A stretch of DNA of 64,000 nt from an uncultured Clostridia bacterium (GTDB lineage Bacteria; Bacillota; Clostridia; Oscillospirales; CAG-272): assembly GCA_944384585.1 (NCBI GenBank), contig CALWTY010000002.1, positions 27,541 to 91,540 of the forward strand, given 5' to 3'. This document shows, in pieces, positions 51,133 to 60,589 of this stretch. The notes beneath the pieces are model-generated. The model was not told the origin of the DNA and did not search any database. It saw only the letters and a list, made by a program, of their open reading frames with translations. The translations under genes and the position numbers were made by a program. Each line of letters starts with the position of its first letter. Within the stretch, counting starts at the first letter, position 1.

Positions 51133-51291
51133 AGCTTGTTTTCCTGCTTCGGCGGACGGAACGGATTCCTGCGCGCTCCCCTCGCCCGACGAAGGGAGAG
51201 AACGGGATTTACGCCTCGCGGACGGAACTGGGCGGCGGGATAGTCTCGGCATATGCCCGGCTGCCCCCTTTCCCGCTCTGCACGCTTCAAA

Positions 51292-51320
51292 ACAAAAAAG
51301 CCGAAACCACGTTTCGGCTT
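51292..51320 (-). terminator. rho-independent terminator of the minus-strand operon ending at 51341
   Basis: On the minus strand: AGCCGAAAC-GTG-GTTTCGGCT followed by TTTTTTGTTTT. Confidence 0.8.
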
Positions 51321-51340
51321 TGAGGGATCTGTTTCTTCGG

Positions 51341-51943
51341 TCAACCCTCGTAGATCTCGCTGATGCGCCAATCGGCATCCTGCGGGAGGAGGCGGGAGTC
51401 GCAATAGGGACACTGCGCGGCCTTTGGATCGGAGAGGGGAGCGCCGCAGTTGGGACAGTGGGGGGATTGATTATCCTTGCCGATCGTCAGGGTATAGAGC
51501 AGCACATAGCGCTTCTGCTCCACCGAGCCGTTATTCTCATACTGAAGCGCGGCCTGCAGGATCACCGTTTTTTCACGAGGCTCGCTCTTATAATCGGAAA
51601 TCACGACGCGGTGAATGCGAAGATCATTCCGATCGCTCAGGCGCATCCGCAGCCCCTCCTTGGCATAGGTATAGGCAAGGGTCGGGCTGAAGGAGGGATC
51701 GTCCCGTCGGATCAGAGGGAGGCAAGCCGCCTCGCGGTCCTGCAGAGCGGCGGGAAACATATCGCCCATCTTCCGCGATAGATCCTGAAGATTGTCGGTG
51801 ATCTCGTGGAGCGAAGGGGTACGGATGGTCGGCATATGGTGCTTGATCGCTTTTCGGATATTCAGCACGATGACGAGTACAACGCCGCAAATCACAATGA
51901 CGGAGATCAGAAATGTAAAAGGGAAAAATAACTCCAGGTTCAT
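51341..51943 (-). CDS. membrane-anchored protein with a C-terminal zinc ribbon (Tim44/SnoaL-like fold guess)
   Basis: N-terminal TM FPFTFLISVIVICGVVLVIVL. The C-terminus is CPNCGAP...CPYCDS. Confidence 0.55.
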   Translation of the reverse strand: MNLELFFPFTFLISVIVICGVVLVIVLNIRKAIKHHMPTIRTPSLHEITDNLQDLSRKMGDMFPAALQDREAACLPLIRRDDPSFSPTLAYTYAKEGLRMRLSDRNDLRIHRVVISDYKSEPREKTVILQAALQYENNGSVEQKRYVLLYTLTIGKDNQSPHCPNCGAPLSDPKAAQCPYCDSRLLPQDADWRISEIYEG

Positions 51944-51960
51944 GCGTGTATCAGGTCCTT

Positions 51961-52617
51961 TCAGATCATTCTCTGTCCGTTGATAATCAGCGTAAAGCGG
52001 ATGCCGAGCTTTTCGGCGGCCTTGCGGCAGAGGATCATACGGTTGAGAAAGATTTCAAAATAGTCCATAACCGGGCAAAAGGCAGTGTCGATTCCGAGAT
52101 CCAGGGCGATCTCGTCGCGTCCGATCACGACCTCGGAACGCTTGACGGAGTAATTGACGCGGTCGTGAATGTCAAAGCTCGGCAGATCGGTGTTGCGGAC
52201 ACGGTTGGCGCGCACATCGGTTTTATCCGCGAGGATCAGTGCCGCCGCGACGGGATTGACCGGGAATGCGGTCGATTCGTCGTGATTGCCGATTGCGGTG
52301 ATGATGGTGGCGATCTCGTCGGGATCGGCGTCCATCTTGTCGAGGATGCGGAAGGCCATGATCGCGCCGCTCTGGGCGTGGTCGATGCGATTGATGACGT
52401 TGCCGATGTCGTGGAGATAGCCGGCGATCTCCGCCAGCTCAGCGTCGCGCTGCGGGTAGCCGAGGGTGAGGAGGATGCGCTTGGCGGTCGCGGAGACCTT
52501 GCCGACATGGGGGAAGCTATGCTCGGTATAGCCGAGGGCGATCAGCGACTCGTCGGCTTTTTTGATATAACTCCGGATCGATTCGTTTTGCCGGATCTGT
52601 TCGATCGAAATTTTCAT
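51961..52617 (-). CDS. HD-domain phosphohydrolase
   Basis: H...HD motif: FPHVGKVS...AGYLHDIGN...GNHDE. Confidence 0.85.
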   Translation of the reverse strand: MKISIEQIRQNESIRSYIKKADESLIALGYTEHSFPHVGKVSATAKRILLTLGYPQRDAELAEIAGYLHDIGNVINRIDHAQSGAIMAFRILDKMDADPDEIATIITAIGNHDESTAFPVNPVAAALILADKTDVRANRVRNTDLPSFDIHDRVNYSVKRSEVVIGRDEIALDLGIDTAFCPVMDYFEIFLNRMILCRKAAEKLGIRFTLIINGQRMI

Positions 52618-52797
52618 CGGAATGACCCCGCGCGGCGGGCAGCCCTTTCCTTGTATTCGGGGAAACCCCTACACTATAGGATACCATATTTTCCTCCCTT
52701 CGTCAACGCAAAAGAAGAAATTTCCGGTAAAAAACCGGTCGGGAATGCGTAAATCGAGCAGGGGCAGGAAAAAGCCGGGCGGCTGACGCGATCCTCG

Positions 52798-52826
52798 TTG
52801 ACATTTTCTTCGGGTTGTAGTATAAT
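52798..52826 (+). promoter_or_regulatory. perfect consensus sigma-A promoter
   Basis: TTGACA (52798-52803), 17-nt spacer, TATAAT (52821-52826). Confidence 0.55.
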
Positions 52827-52863
52827 CTTATCGAAGTAATTCGTCCGGAGGGGAAGCGGAAAG

Positions 52864-53874
52864 ATGGCGGGAATCGGCTATATCATGCGCTGCATCAAAG
52901 CAATGGACTACAGGCAGATGCTGGAGACGGTAGGGGAAATCCACCGGATCAGCGGAAAGAATCGGGTCGGGCTTTTCTTCGACGTGATATATTGCGGACT
53001 GCGCTACGGAGCGGGCTACCGCGACTACCGTCTGAATGAATGGTGGACGCTCAATGCCGCGCAGCGGAAGACCTACGTCACCCGCGGGATCAACAATTCC
53101 ATCATCAAGCACTGCAACGACCCCGCGTATTACCATCTGCTCAACGACAAGATCGACTTCAACCGCACCTTCGAGCGCTTCCTCGGCAGAAAGTGGCTGT
53201 ATCTCAAGGAGGCAAGTGAGGAGGAGTTTGCCGGGTATATGGAAGGCTTGGAGGAGATCGTCGCCAAGCCTGTCGCAGAGGCCTGCGGCCGCGGAGTCGA
53301 GAAGCTGAGGAAGGCCGATTTCGAATCGATCTCTGCCCTTTATCACCACCTGGTCGAGACCGAGCGCTATCTGGTTGAGGAGGTGATCTGCCAGCATGAG
53401 ACGATCTCGCAGATCTATCCGGATTCCGTCAATACGCTGCGTATCGTTACCCTGACCTCCGACGACGGGGAGCCGCACCTGCTCTACGCCTTCATTCGCA
53501 TCGGAAACGGCGGGAGGGTCGTCGATAATATCAATGCGGGCGGCATGGCCGCTCCCATCGATCTTGAAACCGGTGTGATCGACAAGGTCGCCTTCGATAA
53601 GGACAGCCGGTATTATGAGAAGCATCCGCAGACGGACAGCCCGATTGTCGGTGTTCGGATTCCGATGTGGCGGGAGGCGACGGCACTGGTGCTGGAGGCG
53701 GCAAAAATGATTCCGCAGCTTCGCTATGTCGGATGGGACGTCGCGATTACCCCGAACGGGCCGATCTTCGTCGAAGGGAACCAGCATCCCGGCCATGATA
53801 TCCTGCAAATGCCCCCTCACGTTCCCGATAAGATCGGAATGCTTCCCCGCATCCGACAGTTCATCAAGCTCTGA
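52864..53874 (+). CDS. sugar-transfer-associated ATP-grasp family protein
   Basis: The N-terminal region RVGLFFDVIYCGLRYGAGYRDYRLNEWW, then ATP-grasp-like ...IVAKPVAEACGRGVEK...YLVEEVICQH...NTLRIVTL...IRIGNGGRVVDNINAGGMAAPID...VGWDVAITPNGPIFVEGN. Confidence 0.7.
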   Translation: MAGIGYIMRCIKAMDYRQMLETVGEIHRISGKNRVGLFFDVIYCGLRYGAGYRDYRLNEWWTLNAAQRKTYVTRGINNSIIKHCNDPAYYHLLNDKIDFNRTFERFLGRKWLYLKEASEEEFAGYMEGLEEIVAKPVAEACGRGVEKLRKADFESISALYHHLVETERYLVEEVICQHETISQIYPDSVNTLRIVTLTSDDGEPHLLYAFIRIGNGGRVVDNINAGGMAAPIDLETGVIDKVAFDKDSRYYEKHPQTDSPIVGVRIPMWREATALVLEAAKMIPQLRYVGWDVAITPNGPIFVEGNQHPGHDILQMPPHVPDKIGMLPRIRQFIKL

Positions 53875-53938
53875 TCCACACCCCTGCACCCGCCCGATCG
53901 AGAGGGCTTCGGTGCGGGGGTGTTCGGCTGCATCCTGA

Positions 53939-54030
53939 TATCGAACCACCGATGTTCCTTACAATGAACCACCGACATTTCCTGTATCGAACCACCGATG
54001 CTCCTTACAACGAACCTCGGAACGTTCTCC
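53939..54030. repeat. four tandem ~23-bp units (two 46-bp super-units)
   Basis: CGAACCACCGATGTTCCTTACAAT / GAACCACCGACATTTCCTGTAT / CGAACCACCGATGCTCCTTACAA / CGAACCTCGGAACGTTCTCCAGA. Confidence 0.75.
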
Positions 54031-54032
54031 AG

Positions 54033-54058
54033 AAAAAAGCCCCCCGAAATCGGGGGGC
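54033..54058 (-). terminator. rho-independent terminator of mgsA
   Basis: On the minus strand: GCCCCCCG-ATTT-CGGGGGGC followed by TTTTTT. Confidence 0.85.
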
Positions 54059-54064
54059 AGTGCT

Positions 54065-54433
54065 TTATTTCAGGGTTTGAAGGATGCAGTCGGCGGTGGC
54101 ACGGTTATTGGCGATCGGGACGTCGTAGACCTGCGCGATGCGAAGGAGGGCTTTGACGTCGGGATCATGCGGCATGGCGGTCAGAGGATCGGAGAAGAAG
54201 ATGATAATATCGATTTCTCCTGTTGCGACACGCGCGCCGATCTGCTGATCTCCTCCGAGAGGGCCGCTCAGATAGGCCTTGACGGGAAGCCCCGTCGCCT
54301 CATTGATGCGGGTCGCGGTGGTGCCGGTGCCGCAGAGAAAATGGCGGGACAGAATCTCCTTGTTCTGCGCACACCAATCGATGATGGTGTCTTTCATGTT
54401 GTCATGCGCGATAAGAGCGATACGCTTGGTCAT
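54065..54433 (-). CDS. mgsA: methylglyoxal synthase
   Basis: IALIAHDNMKD...LCGTGTTATRI...SGPLGGDQQIGA...IIFFSDPLTAMPHDPDVKALLRIA. Confidence 0.93.
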   Translation of the reverse strand: MTKRIALIAHDNMKDTIIDWCAQNKEILSRHFLCGTGTTATRINEATGLPVKAYLSGPLGGDQQIGARVATGEIDIIIFFSDPLTAMPHDPDVKALLRIAQVYDVPIANNRATADCILQTLK

Positions 54434-54449
54434 AATAGGAACCTCCCGT

Positions 54450-55889
54450 TTATTTTGTCAGTTTGTGGAGCATCAGCTGCTTGGTATCCCAAAGCTTCGG
54501 GGAAAGATCGACATAGTAGTTGTGCGGGTTCTCGAAGCGCTTGACCTCGTCCCATTGACGATCCATCTGTTCGGCGCAGTAACTTCGGATCTCCTCGGTG
54601 GAGGGGCAGCGATAGACCTGCTTTCCGCCGAGGAAGATCGGCTTCTGAAGCTCGACGGCAGAGAAATCGGTCAGGGTTTTGGATTTCCAGGTGTAGTTGG
54701 GATCGAAGATGGTCAGGGGCTTGCTGTCGTCAACGATCTCGTCGTGGACGGTGATATAGTCTGCGATCGCCATCCCGCTTTCCCGCTCATACAGACGGTA
54801 GAGCTTTTTGAAATGAGGGGTGGTCACCTTTTCGGGATTTTCACTGATTTTTATCTTGGGGATGATGTTGCCATGCTCGTCCTCCACCGCGGCGAGCTTG
54901 TAGACGCCGCCGAAGACGGGGGAGCTTTTGGAGGTGATCAGACGTTCTCCGACGCCGAAGGCGTCGATTTTAGCCCCCTGCGTCAGCAGGTCGCGGATGA
55001 TGTACTCGTCAAGGGCGTTGGAGGCGACGATTTTACAGTCATAGAGCCCGGCGTCGTCCAGCATTTTGCGTGCCTTGCGGGAGAGATAGGCAAGGTCGCC
55101 GGAATCGATGCGGACGGCGCATTTTGTGATGCCGTTGGCGCGGAAGGCACGGATGGCATTGGGAATCCCGTCGTTCAGCACGTTGTAGGTGTCGACCAGC
55201 AGGGTGGCGGCAGTCGGATAGAGCTTGCAGTAGGTGTCAAAGGCCTCATATTCCGAATCAAACATCAGGACCCAGGAGTGCGCCATCGTGCCGGTTGCCG
55301 GTACACCGAAGCGTTCGTCGGCAATGGCGCAGGCAGTCCCGGTACAGCCGGCAATGTAGGAGGCGCGTGCGCCGAGGATCGCTCCGCCCGGCCCCTGGGC
55401 GCGGCGAGAGCCGAATTCCGAGATGGCGCGTCCCTCGGCGGCGCGGACAATGCGGTTGGCTTTGGTCGCGATCAGAGACTGATGATTGAGGGTGAGGAGG
55501 ACAAAGGTCTCGATGAACTGCGCCTCGATGGCAGGGGCGCGGACCGTCAGGATCGGCTCTCCCGGGAAGATCGGCGTCCCCTCCGGGACGGCGTAGATGT
55601 CGCCGGTGAAACGGAAGGTGCGAAGATAGTCGAGAAAGCTCTCGTCAAAGCAATTTTTCGTGCGGAGATAGGCGATATCCTCCTCGGTGAATCGGAGGTC
55701 GTTGATGTAGTCGATGATCTGCTCCAGTCCGCAGGCGATAGCGTAACCGCCGTTGTCGGGATTTTTGCGGTAGAATACGTCGAAATACGAGATCTTGTCC
55801 CGATATCCGGAAAGGAAATAACCGTTTCCCATCGTCAGTTCGTAGAAATCGAAGAGCATCGTGTAGTTTTCGCGGATGTAGCTGTGCAT
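54450..55889 (-). CDS. pncB: nicotinate phosphoribosyltransferase
   Basis: MLFDFYELTMGNGYF...FGSRRAQG...GTMAHSWV...VRIDSGDLAYLS. The start at MHSYIRE (55889) lies 8 nt after GGAGGA. Confidence 0.9.
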   Translation of the reverse strand: MHSYIRENYTMLFDFYELTMGNGYFLSGYRDKISYFDVFYRKNPDNGGYAIACGLEQIIDYINDLRFTEEDIAYLRTKNCFDESFLDYLRTFRFTGDIYAVPEGTPIFPGEPILTVRAPAIEAQFIETFVLLTLNHQSLIATKANRIVRAAEGRAISEFGSRRAQGPGGAILGARASYIAGCTGTACAIADERFGVPATGTMAHSWVLMFDSEYEAFDTYCKLYPTAATLLVDTYNVLNDGIPNAIRAFRANGITKCAVRIDSGDLAYLSRKARKMLDDAGLYDCKIVASNALDEYIIRDLLTQGAKIDAFGVGERLITSKSSPVFGGVYKLAAVEDEHGNIIPKIKISENPEKVTTPHFKKLYRLYERESGMAIADYITVHDEIVDDSKPLTIFDPNYTWKSKTLTDFSAVELQKPIFLGGKQVYRCPSTEEIRSYCAEQMDRQWDEVKRFENPHNYYVDLSPKLWDTKQLMLHKLTK

Positions 55890-56066
55890 GATAGAAATCC
55901 TCCGATGGATAAGCAGCGCGCGCTGCATGAATTGAAACAGAAACCGGGGAAGGAAGGCGGAATGTACGGACAGCAGGTGTGGAAGGGATCAGCCCTTCCG
56001 TGTCGATCTGCCCCGTCGATCAGCGACGATCGGATCAAGCATACTCCTCCGCCCCGCGGACGCGGG

Positions 56067-56885
56067 TTACGGCAGGGCGGCCTTGCCGGGACCGTCGGAA
56101 AGCGCCGCTTTCCCGCCCAGGAAAAGGGCGGCGGCATTGGCGGCGGTCTGATCGCAGAGGGCTTCGGGAGAGACGCCGCGCAGGGCGGCGGCACGCTCTG
56201 CGGTCAGGATCAGATACGAGGAGTCGTTGCGCTGTCCGCGGTAGGGATGCGGAGTCAGATAGGGGCAGTCGGTCTCGATCAGAAGCCGATCCTCCGGCAC
56301 AACGGGCAGAATCTCGGCAAGACGGGCGGCATTTTTGAAGGTGATCACGCCGGAAAAGGAGATATACCAGCCCCGCCGCACCAACTGGGCGGCGGTTTCA
56401 CGGCTTCCGCTGAAGCTGTGGAAGACGCCCTTCACCTGCGGAAAGCGGCAGACCGTTTCAAGGCAGTCGCCGTGTGCCTCCCGGTCGTGTACGATCACGG
56501 GAAGACCGAGACGATCTGCCAGAGCAAGCTGACGAGCGAACCACTCCTTCTGAAAAGCGCGCTCCTCGCCGTGCCAATGGTAATCAAGACCGATCTCTCC
56601 GATCGCCACCGCTTTGGGATGGGCGGCCAGCGCCTCAATCTCCGCGAGGGCGGCTTCGGGATCTGGCAGGGAAAAGAGATCCTCGGGATGAAGTCCGACC
56701 GAGGCATAGAAGCCCTCGTTCTCCTCCGCCAGCTTCAGCGCCTGACGGGAGGTGTCGGGATTCGTTCCGGCGTTCAGAACGTGGGTCACCCCGGCACGCC
56801 GGATTTTATCCAGAACGGCGCGGCGCTCGGCATCATTCCCGAATCGCTCGTCGTAATAATGTGCGTGAGAATCGAAGAGCAGCAT
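56067..56885 (-). CDS. tatD: TatD-family metal-dependent hydrolase
   Basis: MLLFDSHAHY...VGLHP...AIGEIGLDYHW...VIVHDREAHGD...GVFHSFSG...ETDCPYLTP. It lies immediately downstream of metG. Confidence 0.88.
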   Translation of the reverse strand: MLLFDSHAHYYDERFGNDAERRAVLDKIRRAGVTHVLNAGTNPDTSRQALKLAEENEGFYASVGLHPEDLFSLPDPEAALAEIEALAAHPKAVAIGEIGLDYHWHGEERAFQKEWFARQLALADRLGLPVIVHDREAHGDCLETVCRFPQVKGVFHSFSGSRETAAQLVRRGWYISFSGVITFKNAARLAEILPVVPEDRLLIETDCPYLTPHPYRGQRNDSSYLILTAERAAALRGVSPEALCDQTAANAAALFLGGKAALSDGPGKAALP

Positions 56886-56898
56886 GGGCGGCACTCCG

Positions 56899-58812
56899 TC
56901 AGCGGATGCGCTGTCCCGGCGCGACGGAATCGTCAAGGAAGACGACACGGATGTCATGCCCCTCCCCCGATGCCAGAATCATGCCGCGGCTCTCCACTCC
57001 GCAGAGTACGGCGGGCTTGAGATTCGCCACGACAATCACGGTCTTGCCGACCAGATCCTCCGGCTTGTAGCATCCGGCAATGCCGGAGACGACCTGCCTC
57101 TTCTCATAGCCGAGGTCGAGCTGCAGCTTCAGCAGCTTCTTGGCGCGGGGAACCGGCTCGCAGGAAAGGACTTTGGCGGAGCGCAGCTCCACGTTCATGA
57201 AGTCCTCGATGCCGATCGGAGCGCAGCAATCCTCCGGTACGGGGATCTGCGGTACGGCGGGCTCGCTTCCGGCACGGAGCTTCTCGAGGGTCTCCTTTTC
57301 ATCAAGGCGGGTGAAGAGTACCTTTGCCTCTCCGATCGGATGTCCCGCCTCCAGCGCACCGGGCAGGAGCGCGTCGCGTTCGGTGCCGAGCTGCGAGAGG
57401 ATGCTGCGGGCGGTGGAGGGCATGAAGGGCTCAAGCAGCGACGCACCGAAGCGGATCGTGTCGAGAAGATTGTAAAGCACCGTGCCGAGCCGCTCGGTTT
57501 CGCCGTTTTTGGCAAGGATCCAGGGTGTGGTTTCGTCGATATACTTGTTGGCGCGGCGGAAGAGCGAGAAGACCGCTTCAAGCGCGTCGGCTACATGATA
57601 ACTGTCCATCAGAGCGGTTACTTCTCCGAGAACCTTTACCGGGAAGGCGGTGAAATCGGAATCGCTTTCCGAAAGGGCAGCGGGCGCGGGGACGGTGCCG
57701 CCGAAATACTTGGTTGTCATCGCAAGGGTGCGGTTGACGAGATTGCCGAGGGTGTTGGCAAGGTCGTTGTTGTAGCGGGCGATCACCGCCTCGTAGGTGA
57801 TGCTGCCGTCGTTGAGATAGGGCATCTCGGAGAGAACATATTCCCTGACCGCGTCGACCCCGAAGACGGCGGCGAGATCGTCGGCATAGATGACGTTGCC
57901 GCGCGACTTGCTCATCTTGTCCGCTCCGAAGTTGAGCCAGGGATGGCCGAAGATTTTCTTGGGGAGCGGGAGGTCGAGCGCCATCAGCAGGATCGGCCAG
58001 TAGATGGTGTGGAAGCGCATGATGTCCTTGCCGATGATATGCACGTCGGCAGGCCAGTTTTTGCGGAAGGCCTCGGTCTCCGGCAGGTCGGGATTGTAGC
58101 CGAGGGCGGTGATATAGTTGGAGAGGGCGTCGATCCAGACGTAGATGACGTGGCGGTTGTCGAAGGGCACCGGCACGCCCCATTTGAAGGAGCTGCGGGA
58201 GACGCAGAGATCCTGAAGTCCGGGCTTCAGGAAGTTGTTGATCATTTCCTTCTTGCGCGCCTCCGGCTCGATGAAGCCGGGATGCTCCTCGATATAGCGG
58301 GTGAGGCGGTCCCGGTAGGCGCTCATACGGAAGAAGTAAGCCTCCTCCTTCATCCGGCTGACGGGGCGGCCGCAGTCGGGGCATTTGCCGTCGACGGCCT
58401 GGGTATCGGTGAGGAAGGCCTCGCAGGGCTCGCAGTACCATCCCTCGTATTCGCTTTTGTAGATATCGCCCTTGTCGTAGAGCTTGCGGAAGATGGCGGC
58501 GACGGCTTTTTCGTGGTCGTCGTCGGTGGTGCGGATGAATTTGTCGTAGTCGGCGTCCATCAGATCCCAGATGCGGCGGATATCGCCGGCGACGGTATCG
58601 ACGTACTGCTTCGGGGAGACGCCGGCCTCGGCGGCGCAGTTTTCGATCTTCTGACCGTGCTCGTCGGTTCCCGTGAGAAAATACACGTCGAAGCCCATCT
58701 TTTTCTTGAAGCGGGCGATGGCGTCGGTGAAGATGACCTCGTAGGTGTTGCCGATGTGAGGCTTGCGGGAACTGTAGGCAATGGCGGTGGTAATATAGAA
58801 TTTTTCTTTCAT
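56899..58812 (-). CDS. metG: methionine--tRNA ligase with a C-terminal tRNA-binding (EMAP-like) domain
   Basis: KFYITTAIAYSSRKPHIGNTYE (HIGH-type), KMSKSRGN (KMSKS), and the Cys knuckles CEPC...CPDC. The ATG at 58812 follows GGAGAA. Confidence 0.93.
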   Translation of the reverse strand: MKEKFYITTAIAYSSRKPHIGNTYEVIFTDAIARFKKKMGFDVYFLTGTDEHGQKIENCAAEAGVSPKQYVDTVAGDIRRIWDLMDADYDKFIRTTDDDHEKAVAAIFRKLYDKGDIYKSEYEGWYCEPCEAFLTDTQAVDGKCPDCGRPVSRMKEEAYFFRMSAYRDRLTRYIEEHPGFIEPEARKKEMINNFLKPGLQDLCVSRSSFKWGVPVPFDNRHVIYVWIDALSNYITALGYNPDLPETEAFRKNWPADVHIIGKDIMRFHTIYWPILLMALDLPLPKKIFGHPWLNFGADKMSKSRGNVIYADDLAAVFGVDAVREYVLSEMPYLNDGSITYEAVIARYNNDLANTLGNLVNRTLAMTTKYFGGTVPAPAALSESDSDFTAFPVKVLGEVTALMDSYHVADALEAVFSLFRRANKYIDETTPWILAKNGETERLGTVLYNLLDTIRFGASLLEPFMPSTARSILSQLGTERDALLPGALEAGHPIGEAKVLFTRLDEKETLEKLRAGSEPAVPQIPVPEDCCAPIGIEDFMNVELRSAKVLSCEPVPRAKKLLKLQLDLGYEKRQVVSGIAGCYKPEDLVGKTVIVVANLKPAVLCGVESRGMILASGEGHDIRVVFLDDSVAPGQRIR

Positions 58813-58888
58813 GATCGGTTCTCCGTTCGTAGAAGATGATAAAGCACAGACAGGAGGAAGGGGAAAGCGGGACGCACCCGCCGTACTC

Positions 58889-59668
58889 CTAAACGGCAAG
58901 CCCGTCCGAGAGGGCGGCGATCATCTCAGCCACCGCGCCCTCGTCGTGATCGCAGAGGACGCGGACCGAGAGGCGCTTCACCTCATCGATGGCGTTTGCG
59001 GGACAGAAGGCAAGATCGGCGCGGCGCAGCATATCGATGTCGTTTTCATAGTCTCCGATGCAGCAGACCGTCCTCTCCCCGCCGCAGCAGCGGCGCAGGA
59101 ACTCGACGCCGCTGCCCTTGTCGGCGGCGATATCGACGACCTCCACGATATGGCCGCAGGAGCGGAAGCAGTTGATGCGGTCGCCGTATTGCCCGATGAT
59201 ATAATCGCGGCAGAGCAGTGCGCGCTCCGGGATACGGCAGTTGAAGCGCATCTTGTACCAGCGGTTTCCCGGCACGTTATCGGGCATCAAATCGTCAAGG
59301 AGCGTTTTGTCGTCGGAATAGACAACGAAGCCTGCGCCGGGGAAGCGCGCCAGCACATCCTTTGCGATCTCCCGCCCGAGGCGTCCGTCAAAGCTCCTCT
59401 CCCGCAGAAAGCGGTCGTCAGCGGGATCATAGAGCAGCGCGCCGTTTGACATGATCAGCGGTGCGTTTGCAACCTCCCGGAATTCCGGGAAAATCCGTTC
59501 GAGAACCGAGGGCAGACGGCCTGTCGAAAAGGAAAAAAGCCCGCCCTTTTCCTTGAAATCGGAGATGGCCTCCAGATTCCGCCCGATGATCCGCCCGTTC
59601 CGACCGGCAAACGTGCCGTCGAAATCGCTCAGGATCAGAATATTGCCAAAGGATCGGTTCACGGGCAT
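58889..59668 (-). CDS. Cof-type HAD-IIB phosphatase
   Basis: LILSDFDGTF (motif I), SFSTGR (motif II), GDYENDIDML (motif IV). The start overlaps the rluD stop. Confidence 0.8.
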   Translation of the reverse strand: MPVNRSFGNILILSDFDGTFAGRNGRIIGRNLEAISDFKEKGGLFSFSTGRLPSVLERIFPEFREVANAPLIMSNGALLYDPADDRFLRERSFDGRLGREIAKDVLARFPGAGFVVYSDDKTLLDDLMPDNVPGNRWYKMRFNCRIPERALLCRDYIIGQYGDRINCFRSCGHIVEVVDIAADKGSGVEFLRRCCGGERTVCCIGDYENDIDMLRRADLAFCPANAIDEVKRLSVRVLCDHDEGAVAEMIAALSDGLAV

Positions 59669-60588
59669 TCCTCCTCCCATTCTCCACCGAGGAGCTTCAG
59701 GCATTGCACGAAATAGTCCGGCAGGGGGGATTCGAATTTCATCAGCTCCCCCGTCGCCGGATGAAGGAAGGAGATGCTTTTGGCATGAAGGCATTGGCCG
59801 TTGAGCAGCGAGGCATGGGAGCGCTCGAAGGAGGTGGCTCCTCCGCCGTAGACCGTGTCTCCCAGCAGCGGATGTCCGAGGCTTGCCATATGGACGCGGA
59901 TCTGATGGGTGCGTCCCGTCTCAAGGCGGAGTCTGACGTGATCCGCCCGCTCCAGACGCGCCGTCACGGTATAATGGGTGACGGCAGGCTTGCCGCCGCG
60001 GACGACCGCCATTTTCTTACGGTCGACGGGGTGACGGCCGATCGGCGCGTCGACGCTGCCGCTCTCCTCCCGGAGGTGGCCGTTCACGATGGCGTGATAG
60101 CTTCGTTCGAAGGAATGGGAGGCGATCTGCCCGGCCAGAGAAAGATGCGCCGCGTCGGTTTTGGCGACGACGAGCAGACCGCTTGTGTCCTTGTCGATGC
60201 GGTGGACGATGCCGGGGCGGATCACGCCGTTGATCCCCGACAGGGAATCCCCGCAGTGCCGGAGCAGAGCGTTCACCAGCGTGCCGGTGGGATTGCCGGC
60301 GGCGGGATGCACCACCATCCCCTTCGGCTTGTTGACCACCAGGAGAACATCGTCCTCGTAGAGAACGTCAAGAGGGATGTCCTCCGGCAGTGCCCGATCG
60401 GGGATCGGCTCGGGCAGGAGGATCTGAACCGAGTCGCCTTCCCGGAGGCGGTAATTCTTCGGCATCTTTCGCCCGTTGACGGTTACCGCATCCCGCTCGT
60501 TGAGCTTGGCGGCCGCCGATCGTGTCACGGAGGCCTGCTCCGAGACGTAAATATCGAGGCGTTTGCCGACGTCGGCGGGATCGATCAT
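59659..60588 (-). CDS. rluD: RluA-family 23S rRNA pseudouridine synthase (RluD-like) with an S4 domain
   Basis: The S4 domain KRLDIYVSEQASVTRSAAAKL, then VVNKPKGMVVHPAAGN, and the catalytic motif GIVHRIDKDTSGLLVVAKT. The start MIDPADVG at 60588 lies 2 nt after the lspA stop. Confidence 0.9.
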   Translation of the reverse strand: MIDPADVGKRLDIYVSEQASVTRSAAAKLNERDAVTVNGRKMPKNYRLREGDSVQILLPEPIPDRALPEDIPLDVLYEDDVLLVVNKPKGMVVHPAAGNPTGTLVNALLRHCGDSLSGINGVIRPGIVHRIDKDTSGLLVVAKTDAAHLSLAGQIASHSFERSYHAIVNGHLREESGSVDAPIGRHPVDRKKMAVVRGGKPAVTHYTVTARLERADHVRLRLETGRTHQIRVHMASLGHPLLGDTVYGGGATSFERSHASLLNGQCLHAKSISFLHPATGELMKFESPLPDYFVQCLKLLGGEWEEECP

Positions 60589-60589
60589 G

